A DNA stretch of 61,784 bases, taken from positions 1-61,784 of the IMG/VR virus record IMGVR_UViG_3300045988_109877; one strand, given 5' to 3'. Shown here piece after piece: positions 61,453-61,784 of the stretch. A program made the translations under genes and the position numbers. The notes below the pieces were generated by a model, which had not been told where the DNA came from, searched no databases, and saw only the letters and a list, made by a program, of their open reading frames with translations. The stretch comes from a virus. How positions within the stretch are numbered: position 1 is the stretch's first letter; each line of letters opens with the position of its first letter.

Positions 61453-61784
61453 TTGAATTCTTGTTTGATTGATTCTACATATTTCACTATTCGCTCGTAT
61501 TCACGACCTTTCTTCTCGCTGTCGTTATAAGCCTTCTTGATAAGTTCCTCACCCGTACCGTAAAAGCACCCAACAGACCACATATCGTTCGAGCGTGTCC
61601 AAGTAAAATATCTTCCACTGCTCCACCAATTCTTGAACACGATGTAGTCGGATCTTTTTTCAACTATCGCTTCTCCGTAGACTTCCGCTTTTCCGTAGAC
61701 TTCCGCTTCTCCGCAGACAGTCGCATCTCCGCGGACAGTCGCATTGTCGCGGACAGTCGCATTGTCGCGGACAGTCGCATTGTC
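61449..61784 (-). CDS. Hexapeptide-repeat beta-helix protein, C-terminal part (continuation of 1-485)
   Basis: Translation gives DNATVRDNATVRDNATVRGDATVCGEAEVYGKAEVYGEAIVEKRSDYIVFKNWWSSGRYFTWTRSNDMWSVGCFYGTGEELIKKAYNDSEKKGREYERIVKYVESIKQEFK. Position 61784 is a codon first base, matching position 50. Confidence 0.7.
   Translation of the reverse strand, partial: DNATVRDNATVRDNATVRGDATVCGEAEVYGKAEVYGEAIVEKRSDYIVFKNWWSSGRYFTWTRSNDMWSVGCFYGTGEELIKKAYNDSEKKGREYERIVKYVESIKQEFK
61664..61784. repeat. Continuation of the 18-nt tandem repeat; the last 50 nt duplicate positions 1-50
   Basis: Direct reading shows that 61735-61784 equals 1-50 exactly. Confidence 0.95.

Noticed and set aside
1-61784. A diversity-generating retroelement, retron or other reverse-transcriptase-based system
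   Set aside because: No ORF shows RT motifs (YxDD), and I found no template/variable repeat pair. The tandem repeats seen are simple in-frame coding repeats.

Overview
The window looks like a complete temperate dsDNA phage or prophage genome of about 61.7 kb. The first 50 nt are identical to the last 50 nt, and merging them joins a minus-strand gene in frame, so the contig is circularly closed or terminally redundant. The junction lies inside an 18-nt tandem repeat.

The host is probably a Bacteroidales member. Many operon starts carry the Bacteroidetes -7 promoter box TAnnTTTG. The integrase is the Bacteroides-type tyrosine recombinase. The phage also carries type I-C-like and Cas12a-like CRISPR repeat copies.

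Layout:
- A long minus-strand early/replication operon runs from about 11900 down through 1, wraps to 61784, and ends at a terminator near 54200. It encodes an Xis-like HTH protein, Erf, a PD-(D/E)XK exonuclease, an SSB-like protein, a NinB-like protein, a RuvC-like resolvase, a DnaB helicase, a C5 methyltransferase, a DPPY methyltransferase, a PLC-like protein and many small ORFs.
- A divergent CI-like repressor sits at 12049.
- An accessory island of membrane, secreted and XRE proteins spans 12.5-16.6 kb.
- The virion module spans 16.8-46.5 kb. It includes a 3887-aa polyvalent protein, portal, an inverted TerL, a rhomboid-like protease, scaffold, capsid and fibres.
- The remainder is holin plus M15 endolysin, a two-gene module containing an HTH-ImmA/IrrE fusion, small plus-strand genes, the integrase and an attP-like region.

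Most interesting observations:
1. An ORF-free locus at 59403-59611 carries two type I-C-like CRISPR repeat units, one Cas12a crRNA handle, a crRNA-sized tail and a terminator. No cas genes are present. This is a candidate RNA anti-CRISPR or hijack guide.
2. A GC-rich 620-nt ORF-free region (9932-10551) has four tRNA T-arm-like hairpins, but I could not fold any complete tRNA from it.
3. A C5 methyltransferase has about nine target-recognition-domain (TRD)-like modules and is broken into four reading-frame segments, partly at G9-G12 tracts.
4. The giant polyvalent protein contains an embedded second C5 methyltransferase domain.

All functional calls come from motif reading by eye. No database search was run.
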